From assembly GCA_965224345.1 (NCBI GenBank), contig CBDCYU010000003.1, positions 343,936 through 407,935 of the forward strand: DNA of 64,000 bases, written 5' to 3'. Position numbers and translations under genes: made by a program. This document shows positions 9,459 to 18,913 of the stretch, one piece after another. The notes below the pieces were generated by a model. That model saw only the letters and a program-made list of their open reading frames with translations. It did no database searches and was not told the DNA's origin. This DNA comes from Dehalococcoidia bacterium (GTDB lineage: Bacteria; Chloroflexota; Dehalococcoidia; Lucifugimonadales; CBDCYU01). Numbering within the stretch: position 1 is the first letter of the stretch; every line of letters begins with the position of its first letter.

Positions 9459-10604
9459 TTGACCGAGCTGCTGGACTTCCTCCGCTCGACCGGCCTCTAC
9501 AACATCGACTGGCGCAACGGGGTGATGCTGGCGGTCGGGCTGGCCTTCATCTACATTGCCATCAGCAAGGACCTGGAGCCCTACGAGCTGCTGCCCATCG
9601 GCGTGGGCATCATCATCGTCAACCTCGTCCCCTTCACGGGCTTCACGACCTTCGACGCCGACTCTCAATCGGCCCAGAGCTCGGGACTGTTCGGCATCAT
9701 CTTCCACTTCGGCCTCTCCTTCTGGAACCTGCTGCCCCCCATCATCTTCCTCGGCATCGGCGCCCTGACCGACTTCGGGCCCGTGATAGCCAACCCCAAG
9801 ACCCTGCTCCTGGGCGCCGCGGCACAGGTGGGGATCCTGGTCGCCTTCTGGGGCGCCCTGGTCTCCGGCCTGTTCACCCTGCCCGAGGCGGCCGCCATCG
9901 GGATAGTCGGCGGCGCGGACGGCCCGACGACCATATTCCTATCGGCGCGGCTGGCGCCCGAGCTGCTGGGGATCACCGCGGTCATCGCCTACTCCTACAT
10001 GGCCAGCGTAGCCTTCATACAGCCGCCGCTGATGAAGCTCCTGACCACCCAGCGGGAGAGGGCCATCGAGATGAAGCCCGCGCGAGAGGTCTCCCGCCGG
10101 GAGAAGCTCCTGTTCCCAGCCATCGCAATGGTGGTCATCATCCTGGTGGTGCCCCAGTCGGCCCCCCTCATCTCCATGTTCATGATCGGCAACCTCTTCA
10201 GGGAGAGCGGCGTCGTGCCCCGGTTGACCACCGCAGCCTCCAACGAGCTGCTCAACATCGCCACCATCTTCCTGATGATCACGGTGGGCACGCAGCTTTC
10301 GGCCGAGCGGGTCTTCGACGTCGAGACCCTGGTGATCCTGGGGCTGGGGCTGGTAGCCTTCTCCTGCGGCACCATGGGGGGCCTGCTCTTCGCCAAGGCT
10401 ATGAACCTCGTGCTCAGGGACAAGATCAATCCTCTCATCGGCTCCGCCGGCGTGTCGGCGGTGCCGATGGCGGCGCGCATCTCCCACCACGTGGGCCAGG
10501 AGGCCAACCCGCGCGCCTACCTGCTGGCCCACGCCATGGGCCCCAACGTTGCGGGCGTTATCGGCTCCGCGGTGGTCGCGGGCGTCTTCATCTCCCTGCT
10601 GTAG
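9459..10604 (+). CDS. oadB: Sodium ion-translocating decarboxylase beta subunit
   Basis: IFLGIGALTDFGP, LLGAAAQVGI, IGIVGGADGPT, AYSYMA, INPLIGSAGVSAVPMAAR, HAMGPNVAGVIGSA. Confidence 0.96.
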   Translation: MTELLDFLRSTGLYNIDWRNGVMLAVGLAFIYIAISKDLEPYELLPIGVGIIIVNLVPFTGFTTFDADSQSAQSSGLFGIIFHFGLSFWNLLPPIIFLGIGALTDFGPVIANPKTLLLGAAAQVGILVAFWGALVSGLFTLPEAAAIGIVGGADGPTTIFLSARLAPELLGITAVIAYSYMASVAFIQPPLMKLLTTQRERAIEMKPAREVSRREKLLFPAIAMVVIILVVPQSAPLISMFMIGNLFRESGVVPRLTTAASNELLNIATIFLMITVGTQLSAERVFDVETLVILGLGLVAFSCGTMGGLLFAKAMNLVLRDKINPLIGSAGVSAVPMAARISHHVGQEANPRAYLLAHAMGPNVAGVIGSAVVAGVFISLL

Positions 10605-10612
10605 CGACGTAC

Positions 10613-11077
10613 ATGTCCACCAAGCTGAGGGTTAACGTCGACGGTCGTTGGTACTCCGTGGAGGTCGTCGACCTGGAGGCCCGGCCTGTCCAGGTCGTCG
10701 TAGAGGGAGAGACTGTCCACGTCAACGTAGACGACCTGCTCCCCTCCCCTGGCGCCGCTGAGCCGGAGGCGAAGCCTCCCGCCTCCAAGGCAGTCCAACA
10801 GCCCGGCGCGGCTCTGTCCCCGCCGAGTGGAACCTCCCCCCGGAAGACGCCGCCTCCACCCCCCGGTGCTAGGGTCTTCAGCTCCCCGATGCCAGGCATC
10901 ATCGTCTCCGTCTCCGTCGAGGTGGGCGCGCAGGTGGTCACGGGAGACGAGATCTGCGTCCTGGAAGCCATGAAGATGCAGCAGACACTCCGCGCCGACT
11001 GGACGGGCATGGTGAGCGCCGTACACGTGCAGACCGGACAGCAAGTCAGCGAGGGAGACCCGATAGTCGCACTGTAG
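10613..11077 (+). CDS. Biotin carboxyl carrier protein
   Basis: SPMPG...VLEAMKM biotinylation motif; Pro/Ala linker; N-terminal LRVNVDGRWYSVEV. Confidence 0.94.
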   Translation: MSTKLRVNVDGRWYSVEVVDLEARPVQVVVEGETVHVNVDDLLPSPGAAEPEAKPPASKAVQQPGAALSPPSGTSPRKTPPPPPGARVFSSPMPGIIVSVSVEVGAQVVTGDEICVLEAMKMQQTLRADWTGMVSAVHVQTGQQVSEGDPIVAL

Positions 11078-11103
11078 CCCTCTTCAGGACGGCGAAGGCA
11101 AGA

Positions 11104-12285
11104 TCACACCGGGCGCCAGAAGCCCGCGGACCCGTTCGCGACCGCTCTCGGGGGACGCTCCGCCCGGACATAGGCCACGAACACCTTGGTCGACTCCCCC
11201 ACGGGCAGAGGGCGACGCACCTTCTCGTAGCCCAGGGCTCCCGAAAACACCAGGTTGCCCCCGTCGGGAGACCAGGGCGAATGGGACATCACGTACTGGT
11301 CGAAGTACATAAAGGTCGTGAGCTGCTCTTGACTGGGACGGAAGTCAGCGAGCCTGACTACCTCCCCTGACTCCACGTCCACCACGGCCCACCGGACCGA
11401 GCCCTCGGCATCCTCGGACCGAGTTACGTAGGCGATGCTCCGTCCGTGGGGCGACCAGGAGAAGCAGAGCATCGGATCGTCGCACACCTGGTGCTCCCCC
11501 GAGCCGTCGGCTCCCATTACCCAGAGGCCGGAGTAGTAGCCGGCCTTCCGGTCGAGGCCCCGCACCATGGCCAGGGCGTTCCCGTCTGGCCTCCAGGCGA
11601 ACGCCGCGGCGCCGTCGACCTCCGTGAGCACCTGGGCGGTCCCGCTGACGGCGTCTGCGACTACCAGCGCCTGGTGCTCCCTACCCAGGCTGCGGAACAT
11701 CGCCATCCGATCGGCCTTGGGGCTCCACGAGGGCGTCATGTACAGGCTTGCCCTGGCCTCGCCGGGCAGCCGGACCGCGTCCCGGCTCCCCTCGACGTCC
11801 ACGAGATAGTGCGAGCCCCCGGAGTGCACCAGCAGGAAGCGGGAGTCGGGCGACCATCCCAGGTAGATCGGACCTCCGTCGATCAGGCGCTGGGGCTCCC
11901 CGGACCCTGACAGGTCCTGGACGTACAGACCGAGGCCCCCCAGGGACTGCGCAATGAAAGCCACCCTTTCGCTGTTGGGAGACCATAGGCTGTAGTGCGG
12001 CGTCCGCCACGCGATGGCGTCGGTGCCGGGCTCGTTGCTGTAGATGGGGCGCGGCTCAGCTTCCCCCGGCGCCAGGAGATAGAGGCCGATGAAACCGTGC
12101 CCGTTGCTCCCAGAGCGGAAGCCGGAGGCAACGATGCGCCCGCCATCGGGCGACCACGTCGGCCACGCGAACGACGTCCCCGGCGGCGTGACGACCGTCT
12201 CCAGGCCCACGTCCAAGCCCACGGTGCAGACTACGCCGTCGTGGCGAACATACGCCAGCTTACTCACGACAACCTCATACCCCAC
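11104..12285 (-). CDS. TolB-like (PD40 repeat) beta-propeller protein
   Basis: Seven W[SR]P motifs (WSPDG, WSPNS, WSPDS, WSPKA, WRPDG, WSPHG, WSPDG). Confidence 0.85.
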   Translation of the reverse strand: MGYEVVVSKLAYVRHDGVVCTVGLDVGLETVVTPPGTSFAWPTWSPDGGRIVASGFRSGSNGHGFIGLYLLAPGEAEPRPIYSNEPGTDAIAWRTPHYSLWSPNSERVAFIAQSLGGLGLYVQDLSGSGEPQRLIDGGPIYLGWSPDSRFLLVHSGGSHYLVDVEGSRDAVRLPGEARASLYMTPSWSPKADRMAMFRSLGREHQALVVADAVSGTAQVLTEVDGAAAFAWRPDGNALAMVRGLDRKAGYYSGLWVMGADGSGEHQVCDDPMLCFSWSPHGRSIAYVTRSEDAEGSVRWAVVDVESGEVVRLADFRPSQEQLTTFMYFDQYVMSHSPWSPDGGNLVFSGALGYEKVRRPLPVGESTKVFVAYVRAERPPRAVANGSAGFWRPV

Positions 12286-12583
12286 CCATTCTCACAGGAA
12301 CGAGACGGGACGAGCGTCAGCAAATCTGATATCCCAGTACATGGCCTCAGGTCATACACAGAAGAGTCCCCCATGCAACAGCCCCACCTCCAACGTCGAA
12401 AAAAGTTTACCCAAAGCCCCACTACCTGTCTAGCGAGCTCCCCAGGCCGGCCGTGCAGCGCACCGAGGCCCTCGGGCTAATCCGCCGGGCGGTGACGCAT
12501 CGGCCGGCAGCGGGTATACTTTCGCCATCGGGCTCCACATCCGGGCGAGCTCCAAGGGCCCGGTAGACCGCGGAGCTTGGACC

Positions 12584-13051
12584 GTGTCACAGACGAGCGA
12601 GCCGGCGAAGGAGGGTGTGCAGGGCCAGCTGAGGCCTGGCGAGCGCGTGGTCTCCAAATTCGGTCCCTACTACGCCACATCCCACAGGATCCTGCTGTAC
12701 CTCGAGACGGACTCGAGGACGATCACCAGGGAGATCCCCTACTCCGAGCTCGAGGGCGTCGAGGAGGTCAAGCTGGGAAACCCCAGACTGATGATACTCG
12801 GTACTGGGATGGCTCTCCTGGGACTCCTGGCGTCCGCGGGCTGGGGAATCATCATTCCCCTCATCGGGCTGGCCGTAGGCGCGGCAATTGTCATCTACGG
12901 CGGCATTAGCCGCCCCGCCTACTACCAGCTCCATAGCAGGAGCATGTCCCCCAGGGACATCCCCTATTGGCGTATCCGGCATCACGGCGCCGGCAGTTTC
13001 CTCTCGTCAGTCCGCACCATCACAGGCGACCCCCCTCCGAGGGCGGTCTGA
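12584..13051 (+). CDS. Hypothetical membrane protein (two TM helices)
   Basis: Hydrophobic hairpin LMILGTGMALLGLLA...IIIPLIGLAVGAAIVIYG; GC3-rich codons. Confidence 0.7.
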   Translation: MSQTSEPAKEGVQGQLRPGERVVSKFGPYYATSHRILLYLETDSRTITREIPYSELEGVEEVKLGNPRLMILGTGMALLGLLASAGWGIIIPLIGLAVGAAIVIYGGISRPAYYQLHSRSMSPRDIPYWRIRHHGAGSFLSSVRTITGDPPPRAV

Positions 13052-13225
13052 AGCACGTCTTACCCACTGACGCAGGTGAGGCAGCCTGCCCACCTATCCT
13101 GGCTGACCGACGCTCCGGCAACACCGGCGGGGCCACGCCAGTCACCATTGGCCCGGCCAAATGGTATGATATGAAGGGCTTCCTCTCCTGGGCATTTGCC
13201 CCCTCTCGTATCCAACCGGTGTTGC

Positions 13226-14005
13226 ATGACCGAATACCGCCGCGCCAATGGCGCGATCATCGAGGTCCAAGACCTCCGCAAGAGCTACGGCTCCTTGACG
13301 GCCATCGCGGGCGTCTCCTTCTCCGTGGAGGCGGGCGAGGTGTTCGGCATTCTCGGCCCCAACGGCGCCGGCAAGACCACGACGGTCGAGATACTGGAGG
13401 GGATGAGACCGCCCGACAGCGGAGTGGCCTTGGTCTCCGGCATCGACGTCCGGAAGGACCCCCGCCGGGTCAAGTCCATCATCGGCACCCAGCTCCAGGC
13501 CTCCGCCTTCTTCGACAAGCTCAGCCTGTCCGAGATCTTGGAGGTGTTCGGGAGCCTCTACGGCCGCCGGGTCGATTCCAGGACGCTCCTCGACCTGGTG
13601 GAGCTGGATGAGAAAGCCAAGTCCCTCTTCAAGGAGCTTTCCGGCGGACAGAAGCAGCGCTTCTCCATCGCCGCCGCCCTGGTCAACGACCCCGTCCTGC
13701 TCTTCCTGGACGAGCCCACCACCGGCCTGGACCCCCAGGCTAGGCGCCACATGTGGGAGCTGGTGAGGCGGTTCAAGTCCGAGGGCCGCACCATCTTGCT
13801 GACCACCCACTACATGGAGGAAGCCGAGGAGCTGTGCGACCGGATAGCCATCATGGACGGAGGCAAGATCATCGCCCTGGACCGGCCCGACTCCCTGATC
13901 GACCGGCTGCTGGAGCGGGGATTCAGAAAAGAGCACGTGGAACGTTCGGCCAACCTGGAGGACGTCTTCCTGGACCTGACAGGCCACGACTTGCGGGAAG
14001 ATTGA
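13226..14005 (+). CDS. ABC-2 type exporter ATP-binding protein
   Basis: GPNGAGKTT, LSGGQKQR, LFLDEPTTGLDP, TTHYMEEA. Confidence 0.95.
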   Translation: MTEYRRANGAIIEVQDLRKSYGSLTAIAGVSFSVEAGEVFGILGPNGAGKTTTVEILEGMRPPDSGVALVSGIDVRKDPRRVKSIIGTQLQASAFFDKLSLSEILEVFGSLYGRRVDSRTLLDLVELDEKAKSLFKELSGGQKQRFSIAAALVNDPVLLFLDEPTTGLDPQARRHMWELVRRFKSEGRTILLTTHYMEEAEELCDRIAIMDGGKIIALDRPDSLIDRLLERGFRKEHVERSANLEDVFLDLTGHDLRED

Positions 14006-14007
14006 CA

Positions 14008-15090
14008 TTGAAGACGAATCCCACGCTGGTCCTGACCATGGCTTCGTTGAAGATGTGGTTCCGGGACAAACAGGCCCTGTTCTGGAGCATGCTTCTGCCC
14101 CTGCTCTTCATGGTCATCTTCGGCCTGATGAACTTCGGCTCCCTGGGCCGTGTCGACCTGGGGATCGTCAACCTAGCCAGCAGTCCGGCCTCTCAGGGCA
14201 TGTTGGAGGCCCTGAAGAGCATCGAGGCCCTGAACATCACCTACCTGGCCGACAGGCAAGCGGCCCTCGCGGCCCTGGAAGAGGGAGAGCGGGACCTCGT
14301 GCTGGTGGTTCCCCCCGGCTTCGGCGCCTCCATTGAGCCCCTGGACCTGGAGGTGCTGTTCAACGAGGGCAGGCCCCAGGAGTCGCAGGTGGGCTTGGCC
14401 GTCCTGGGTCAGGTCTTGGACGAGCTCACCTTCCATATGAGCGACGCGTCGCGGCTGTTCGTCATCGACGCCACCCCCGTCGGGGGCAGGAACGTGCGCT
14501 ACATCGACTTCCTGCTGCCTGGGATCGTTGCCATGTCCATCATGCAGATGGGGCTGTTCAGCGTCGCCTTCGCCTTCGTCCAGCTCAAGAGGCAGGGAAT
14601 CCTGCGCCGACTCCTCGCCACGCCCGTGAGACCGGCCAGCTTCCTCTTCGCCCAGGTGGTCACCCGGCTGGCAGTGTCCATCCTGCAGACGGCGGTGCTC
14701 ATCACCGTGGCCGTGGTCTTCTTCGACGTCCACGTGGCGGGGAGCCTGCTGGCCATCTTCCTGCTGGCCCTGATCGGCGGTGCGGTGTTCATCAGCCTGG
14801 GCTTCGCGATATCCGGATGGGCCAGCACGGAAGAGGTGGCGGCGCCCCTCGCCAACGTCATCGCCCTGCCCATGATATTCCTCTCCGGCATCTTCTTCCC
14901 CCGGCAGGCAATGCCGGAAGTCCTGCAGACCGTGACCGAGTACCTCCCCCTCACCTACCTGGCCAACTCCTTGCGAAGCGTCGCCATCGACGGCGCGACC
15001 CTATGGTCCCAATGGGTGGGAATAGCAGGGCTGGCCGCCTGGCTGGTCGTGACCTACGTCCTGGCCATAAAGCTCTTCCGCTGGGAGTAG
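14008..15090 (+). CDS. ABC-2 type exporter permease
   Basis: FRDKQALFW, YIDFLLPGIVAM, GILRRLLATP, FLSGIFFP, LPLTY, KLFRWE. Confidence 0.93.
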   Translation: MKTNPTLVLTMASLKMWFRDKQALFWSMLLPLLFMVIFGLMNFGSLGRVDLGIVNLASSPASQGMLEALKSIEALNITYLADRQAALAALEEGERDLVLVVPPGFGASIEPLDLEVLFNEGRPQESQVGLAVLGQVLDELTFHMSDASRLFVIDATPVGGRNVRYIDFLLPGIVAMSIMQMGLFSVAFAFVQLKRQGILRRLLATPVRPASFLFAQVVTRLAVSILQTAVLITVAVVFFDVHVAGSLLAIFLLALIGGAVFISLGFAISGWASTEEVAAPLANVIALPMIFLSGIFFPRQAMPEVLQTVTEYLPLTYLANSLRSVAIDGATLWSQWVGIAGLAAWLVVTYVLAIKLFRWE

Positions 15091-15228
15091 CTTCCCTCCC
15101 CCACAGCCCCTCGCTGTCCCTCTCCTACGACCACGCCGACTACGGACGGCGCCCGGGCTTGCCACCCCATTTCGCCGGCTGAGTCAGGTTGAATAGAACT
15201 TTTGCTCCAGAACACTGACGCAAAGGTA

Positions 15229-15258
15229 TTGACACGCATGTTCGTTCTGTTCTATTCT
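15229..15258 (+). promoter_or_regulatory. Putative sigma70-type promoter for the small ORF-ftsZ unit
   Basis: TTGACA (15229-15234), 18-bp spacer, TATTCT (15253-15258) in an AT-rich intergenic stretch. Confidence 0.5.
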
Positions 15259-15269
15259 GTTCTTATCAA

Positions 15270-15569
15270 TTGTCCAGCCAGCGCGAAAATACGGAGGCGG
15301 CAGTGGAATCCACAAAGACGGATGAGCCGATCACCCAGATGGCAATGGCAGGAATGGAGATGCCCTCATCGTCGCCGTCGTCCGTGCGTTGCTGTGAACT
15401 CACCGCCGGGAGCGCCGTTGAGTACCTGGGCAGCGTACAGGGAGGGCCGCGGCACGGGAGCCGGGGGACGATCAGACAGCCGCTGGCCCGGCGCGCCGTA
15501 GTCGACATGGGTAGAGTGGGGACCTGGCACATCCCATACTACCTCCTGGCGACGCTGGAGAAGAAGTGA
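15270..15569 (+). CDS. Small hypothetical protein with a possible SH3/KOW-like beta domain; start uncertain
   Basis: LTAGSAVEYLG...GSRGTIRQ...RAVVDMG...WHIPYYLL pattern; fills the gap between the promoter and ftsZ. Confidence 0.55.
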   Translation: MSSQRENTEAAVESTKTDEPITQMAMAGMEMPSSSPSSVRCCELTAGSAVEYLGSVQGGPRHGSRGTIRQPLARRAVVDMGRVGTWHIPYYLLATLEKK

Positions 15570-15638
15570 GGCTGCCCAAGAGTCGCAGACCTCGTAGAGA
15601 TTGACAAACAAGAAGCAACACAAGAGGGAGGACCAACC

Positions 15639-16721
15639 ATGAGAGAGGCGAGCCAGAGCCAGGTGAAGATCACTGTAGTCGGAACGGGAGGCGCAGGAGG
15701 AAACGCCGTAGCGCGCATGATCAGGAGCGGCATCCGCGGGGCCGAGATGGTCGCCCTCAACACGGATGTCCAGGCCCTGAGCCAGCTCACCAGCGCCCGC
15801 ACCTTCGCCATAGGGCCCAACACCACTGGCGGCATGGGCTCCGGAGGGAGGCCTGAGACGGGCCGTAAGGCCATGAAGGAGAGCATGGAGGAGGTGTCCG
15901 AGCTCTTGGACGGCTCCGACATGGTCTTCGTGACAGCCGGAATGGGCGGCGGCACCGGCACCGGCGCAGCGCCCCTCGCCGCCGACCTCGCCAGGCGCAT
16001 GGGCGCCCTGACCGTCGGCGTGGTCACACTACCCTTCTCCTTCGAGGGGCCTCGCCGAAGGGCCACCGCCCTGAAGGGCATGAAGCATCTACGGGCCAAG
16101 GTTGACACCCTGATCGCCATCGAGAACGACAGGCTGCTCGCCGCCCTAGACGGACAGCTGCAATTGGAGAATGCCTTCGAGCTGGCGGACGAGGTCCTGA
16201 AGCAGGGGGTCCAGGGCATATCAGACCTCGTCACGGTCCCAGGTCTGATCAACGTGGACTTCGCCGACCTGAAGGCAGTCATACGGAGCGGCGGCTCGTC
16301 CTACATGGCCGTCGGCACGGGCCGGGGAAATATGGCAGCCGCCGAGGCCACAGAGCTCGCGCTCTCCAATCCGCTCTTCGACGCTCCCATCGAGGGGGCG
16401 CAGGGGATCATCTTGAACGTAACGGGAGGCGCGGACTTGACTCTGGCCCAGGTGCATCAAGCGGCCGATCTCGTACGCAACGCCAGCAGGTCCGAAGCCG
16501 ACCTGCTCCTCGGGGTCGTTCAGGACAGGAAGATGGAGCAGCGTGTGAGAATCACGCTGGTGGCCACCGGCCTGCGGACGGGCCTGGGCTCCGACAACGC
16601 GTTCCAGGAAGAGAGCGATGCCGCCGCCGATCCGGGCCCGGGTCTGCTGGAGGCGGTCGTCAAGGCCAACGGCAACGGCCACAACCTCGATGACCCAGCC
16701 AGGGCCACCACGCTGGTCTAG
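15639..16721 (+). CDS. ftsZ: Cell division GTPase FtsZ (stand-alone, probable paralog)
   Basis: VVGTGGAGGNAV, NTDVQAL, AGMGGGTGTGAAP, PFSFEG, INVDFAD; GGAGG RBS. Confidence 0.96.
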   Translation: MREASQSQVKITVVGTGGAGGNAVARMIRSGIRGAEMVALNTDVQALSQLTSARTFAIGPNTTGGMGSGGRPETGRKAMKESMEEVSELLDGSDMVFVTAGMGGGTGTGAAPLAADLARRMGALTVGVVTLPFSFEGPRRRATALKGMKHLRAKVDTLIAIENDRLLAALDGQLQLENAFELADEVLKQGVQGISDLVTVPGLINVDFADLKAVIRSGGSSYMAVGTGRGNMAAAEATELALSNPLFDAPIEGAQGIILNVTGGADLTLAQVHQAADLVRNASRSEADLLLGVVQDRKMEQRVRITLVATGLRTGLGSDNAFQEESDAAADPGPGLLEAVVKANGNGHNLDDPARATTLV

Positions 16722-16740
16722 GCACCTTTTCTTACTCTGA

Positions 16741-16772
16741 GGGTAGTGACTCCGTAAACGGGGTCACTACCC
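16741..16772. terminator. Hairpin between convergent ftsZ and hydrolase genes
   Basis: GGGTAGTGACTCCG-TAAA-CGGGGTCACTACCC, 14-bp stem with one G-U pair; no clear adjacent U-tract. Confidence 0.6.
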
Positions 16773-16839
16773 AGAAATGCCTCGAGAAGCCAAGCAGCCA
16801 ACTTCCATGTGGCCTTGGCAATGTCATGGGATTCCTCCG

Positions 16840-17712
16840 CTAACCGAAGAACCCCGACCGGATGTGGCCGCGGATGACGTCGGCCACCAGCCCCGGGCGC
16901 TGCAGCGGCACATCGTGGATGCTGTCCTCCAACCAGACCGTACTGGAGCAGCGAAGCCTCTTCTCCGCCAGGGCGATGGCCTCCTCCCCGCGAAACCGTC
17001 GGGCGCGCTCCGGGTCCGCGTTGGTCTGGCGTACGGGCATGAGCAGGACGGGGCACTCGACCTGGGAGTACAGGAGTGAAGGCTTGTGCTCCCAGAAGGC
17101 CTCGATGACCCGCATGTGGTTCTCGCGGCTCAGCTTTGCGCGCACCGTGTTGTCCTGTAGGACTTCGAAGTTCGACAGCCGTATTTCCTCGATCTCGGGA
17201 GTGGGCGGCAACTCAGGCCGCCAGGCGCGGGACCGCTCCCTCATCTCATCGACCGTGACCCCCGTGAATACCGGCGGCGCCATATCCCTCTTGGCGCGCT
17301 CTAGGCTCATGCCGGGACGGGCCGAGACCTCTATCGTACCCCCGTCAACGAAGCATAGGCCCCTCGGTACGCCGGGATGGGCTACCCCGTACTCCAGGGC
17401 TACGTTGCCTCCCCAGGAGTGTCCCACGACCACCGGATGCTCCAGTCCCAAGGCTTCGACGAAGCCGTGCAGGTCCCCGGACACGGTCGCGAAGTCGTAT
17501 CCCGCGTCGGGCTTGTCGCTCTCGCCATGTCCCCGCTGGTCCAGCGCCACCACCGAGAAGTCCGCGGCGAGGATGGGCGCCACCAGGTCCCAGATGTGGC
17601 GCGTCGAGGCGAGTCCGTGAAGAAGGACGACGTGCTGGCCGCGGCCGCCCCAATCCCGGTAGCGGAGCCGAAGGCCGCCGACCACAACGCTCCGGTCTGA
17701 TGGAATGTCCAA
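16840..17712 (-). CDS. Alpha/beta fold hydrolase
   Basis: LLHGLAS, DQRGHGES, GHSWGG nucleophile elbow, C-terminal SIHDVP. Confidence 0.92.
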   Translation of the reverse strand: MDIPSDRSVVVGGLRLRYRDWGGRGQHVVLLHGLASTRHIWDLVAPILAADFSVVALDQRGHGESDKPDAGYDFATVSGDLHGFVEALGLEHPVVVGHSWGGNVALEYGVAHPGVPRGLCFVDGGTIEVSARPGMSLERAKRDMAPPVFTGVTVDEMRERSRAWRPELPPTPEIEEIRLSNFEVLQDNTVRAKLSRENHMRVIEAFWEHKPSLLYSQVECPVLLMPVRQTNADPERARRFRGEEAIALAEKRLRCSSTVWLEDSIHDVPLQRPGLVADVIRGHIRSGFFG

Positions 17713-17817
17713 GATGCTCCCCGATCCGGTGCGCTATCCTGCGTGGCTGTCCCGCGACGGCAACGTGGACGATCGGCGGGAGCGGAGTCCGGCAGGCGTC
17801 CGGCGGAACCGGGCCTG

Positions 17818-18702
17818 CTATTCGGCCTTGCCCGGGTCCTGCCGTTGGCTCTTCAGGAACTCTTCCAGCTCTTGGACCATCTCCTCGGAGCTGGGGACCT
17901 CGGTCTCGGGCTCGTTCGCCGCGTCGTAGCGCTGTTCGAGGCGCCGCACGTAGGCGCTGACCTCCGACTCCTTGTCGATGGCCTTGGAGACCTCCTCCTG
18001 GAAGGACTCTCCGGCTACGCGAAGCTCTTCCAGGTCCAGGTCCAAGTCCACCAGGCTCCGCAGCCTCGTGAGGAGAGCGTGGCTGATCCTGGGATTGGGC
18101 GACGTGTTGACGTAGTGGGGGCAGTGACCCCAGATGCTGGCGTGCGGTATGCCCTTCTTCGTACAGGCGTCCATGAAGGCGGTGTGTATCCCGGTGGGTC
18201 CCTGGTACCCTGAGTTCCGTATCCCAAGCCACTCGACCTTCTGGGTCAGGTCCGGCGAGCTGGCCCTGCCGGTCACCTTGGGGTCCCGGGTATGGGGCAC
18301 GGCGTCCAGCAGAGAGCCCAACGACACGACGAACTCCACGCCGCACTGCTCCGCGACGCCCGTCACTATCTTGGAGAAGGCCCTCCACCTCAGGTTGGGC
18401 TCAGTGCCGACGTATAGCAGCAGACCCCGGGAGGCCTCCTCCGGCTTGTGGTAGTAGAAGTCGTTCCTGGGCCAGCGTATCGTACGCTTTCCCGTCCTGT
18501 TCACCCGCGTATGCGGCCGCGTCACCGTGAAGTCGTAGAACTCCTCCGGGTCGATCTCCGCGAACTTCCGCGCGGATATCTTCCTCACGACGTATCTCAC
18601 GGCACGGGTAGCCGACTCCGCGGCGTCCGGCCAGCCGGCGAACGCCACCAGCATGGTGGGCAGCGCCTCCTCCGGGGTCTCGTGAACGATCAAGCCTTCC
18701 AT
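17818..18702 (-). CDS. PAC2 family (proteasome assembly chaperone-like) protein
   Basis: VAFAGWPDAAESAT, IDPEEFYDF, GTEPNLRW, LGSLLDAVPHTR, YQGPTGI, PHYV. Confidence 0.9.
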   Translation of the reverse strand: MEGLIVHETPEEALPTMLVAFAGWPDAAESATRAVRYVVRKISARKFAEIDPEEFYDFTVTRPHTRVNRTGKRTIRWPRNDFYYHKPEEASRGLLLYVGTEPNLRWRAFSKIVTGVAEQCGVEFVVSLGSLLDAVPHTRDPKVTGRASSPDLTQKVEWLGIRNSGYQGPTGIHTAFMDACTKKGIPHASIWGHCPHYVNTSPNPRISHALLTRLRSLVDLDLDLEELRVAGESFQEEVSKAIDKESEVSAYVRRLEQRYDAANEPETEVPSSEEMVQELEEFLKSQRQDPGKAE

Positions 18703-18913
18703 CTACTCAACTCGTCTGATGCGTGAGGAAAATCTGTGGGGAGCGTGGCATCTCGCCGACGACCGCACGTCCACTGCCTATGAACGCTCGGTGTGAGTTT
18801 ACCACCTGAGCCTGAGGAATCCAAGACGCCGAGCGGCCGGCCAAGGCCTCGTCCGGCGGCGAGCCCTCGGTGTTATACTGCCTTGGCTTGGTACGAGACG
18901 TGAGGAGGCAGAG

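Noticed and set aside
15195-15263. LexA-like boxes upstream of ftsZ (AGAAC-TTTT-GCTCC; clustered GTTC)
   Set aside because: Each candidate mismatches the GAAC-N4-GTTC core; too weak without conservation data.
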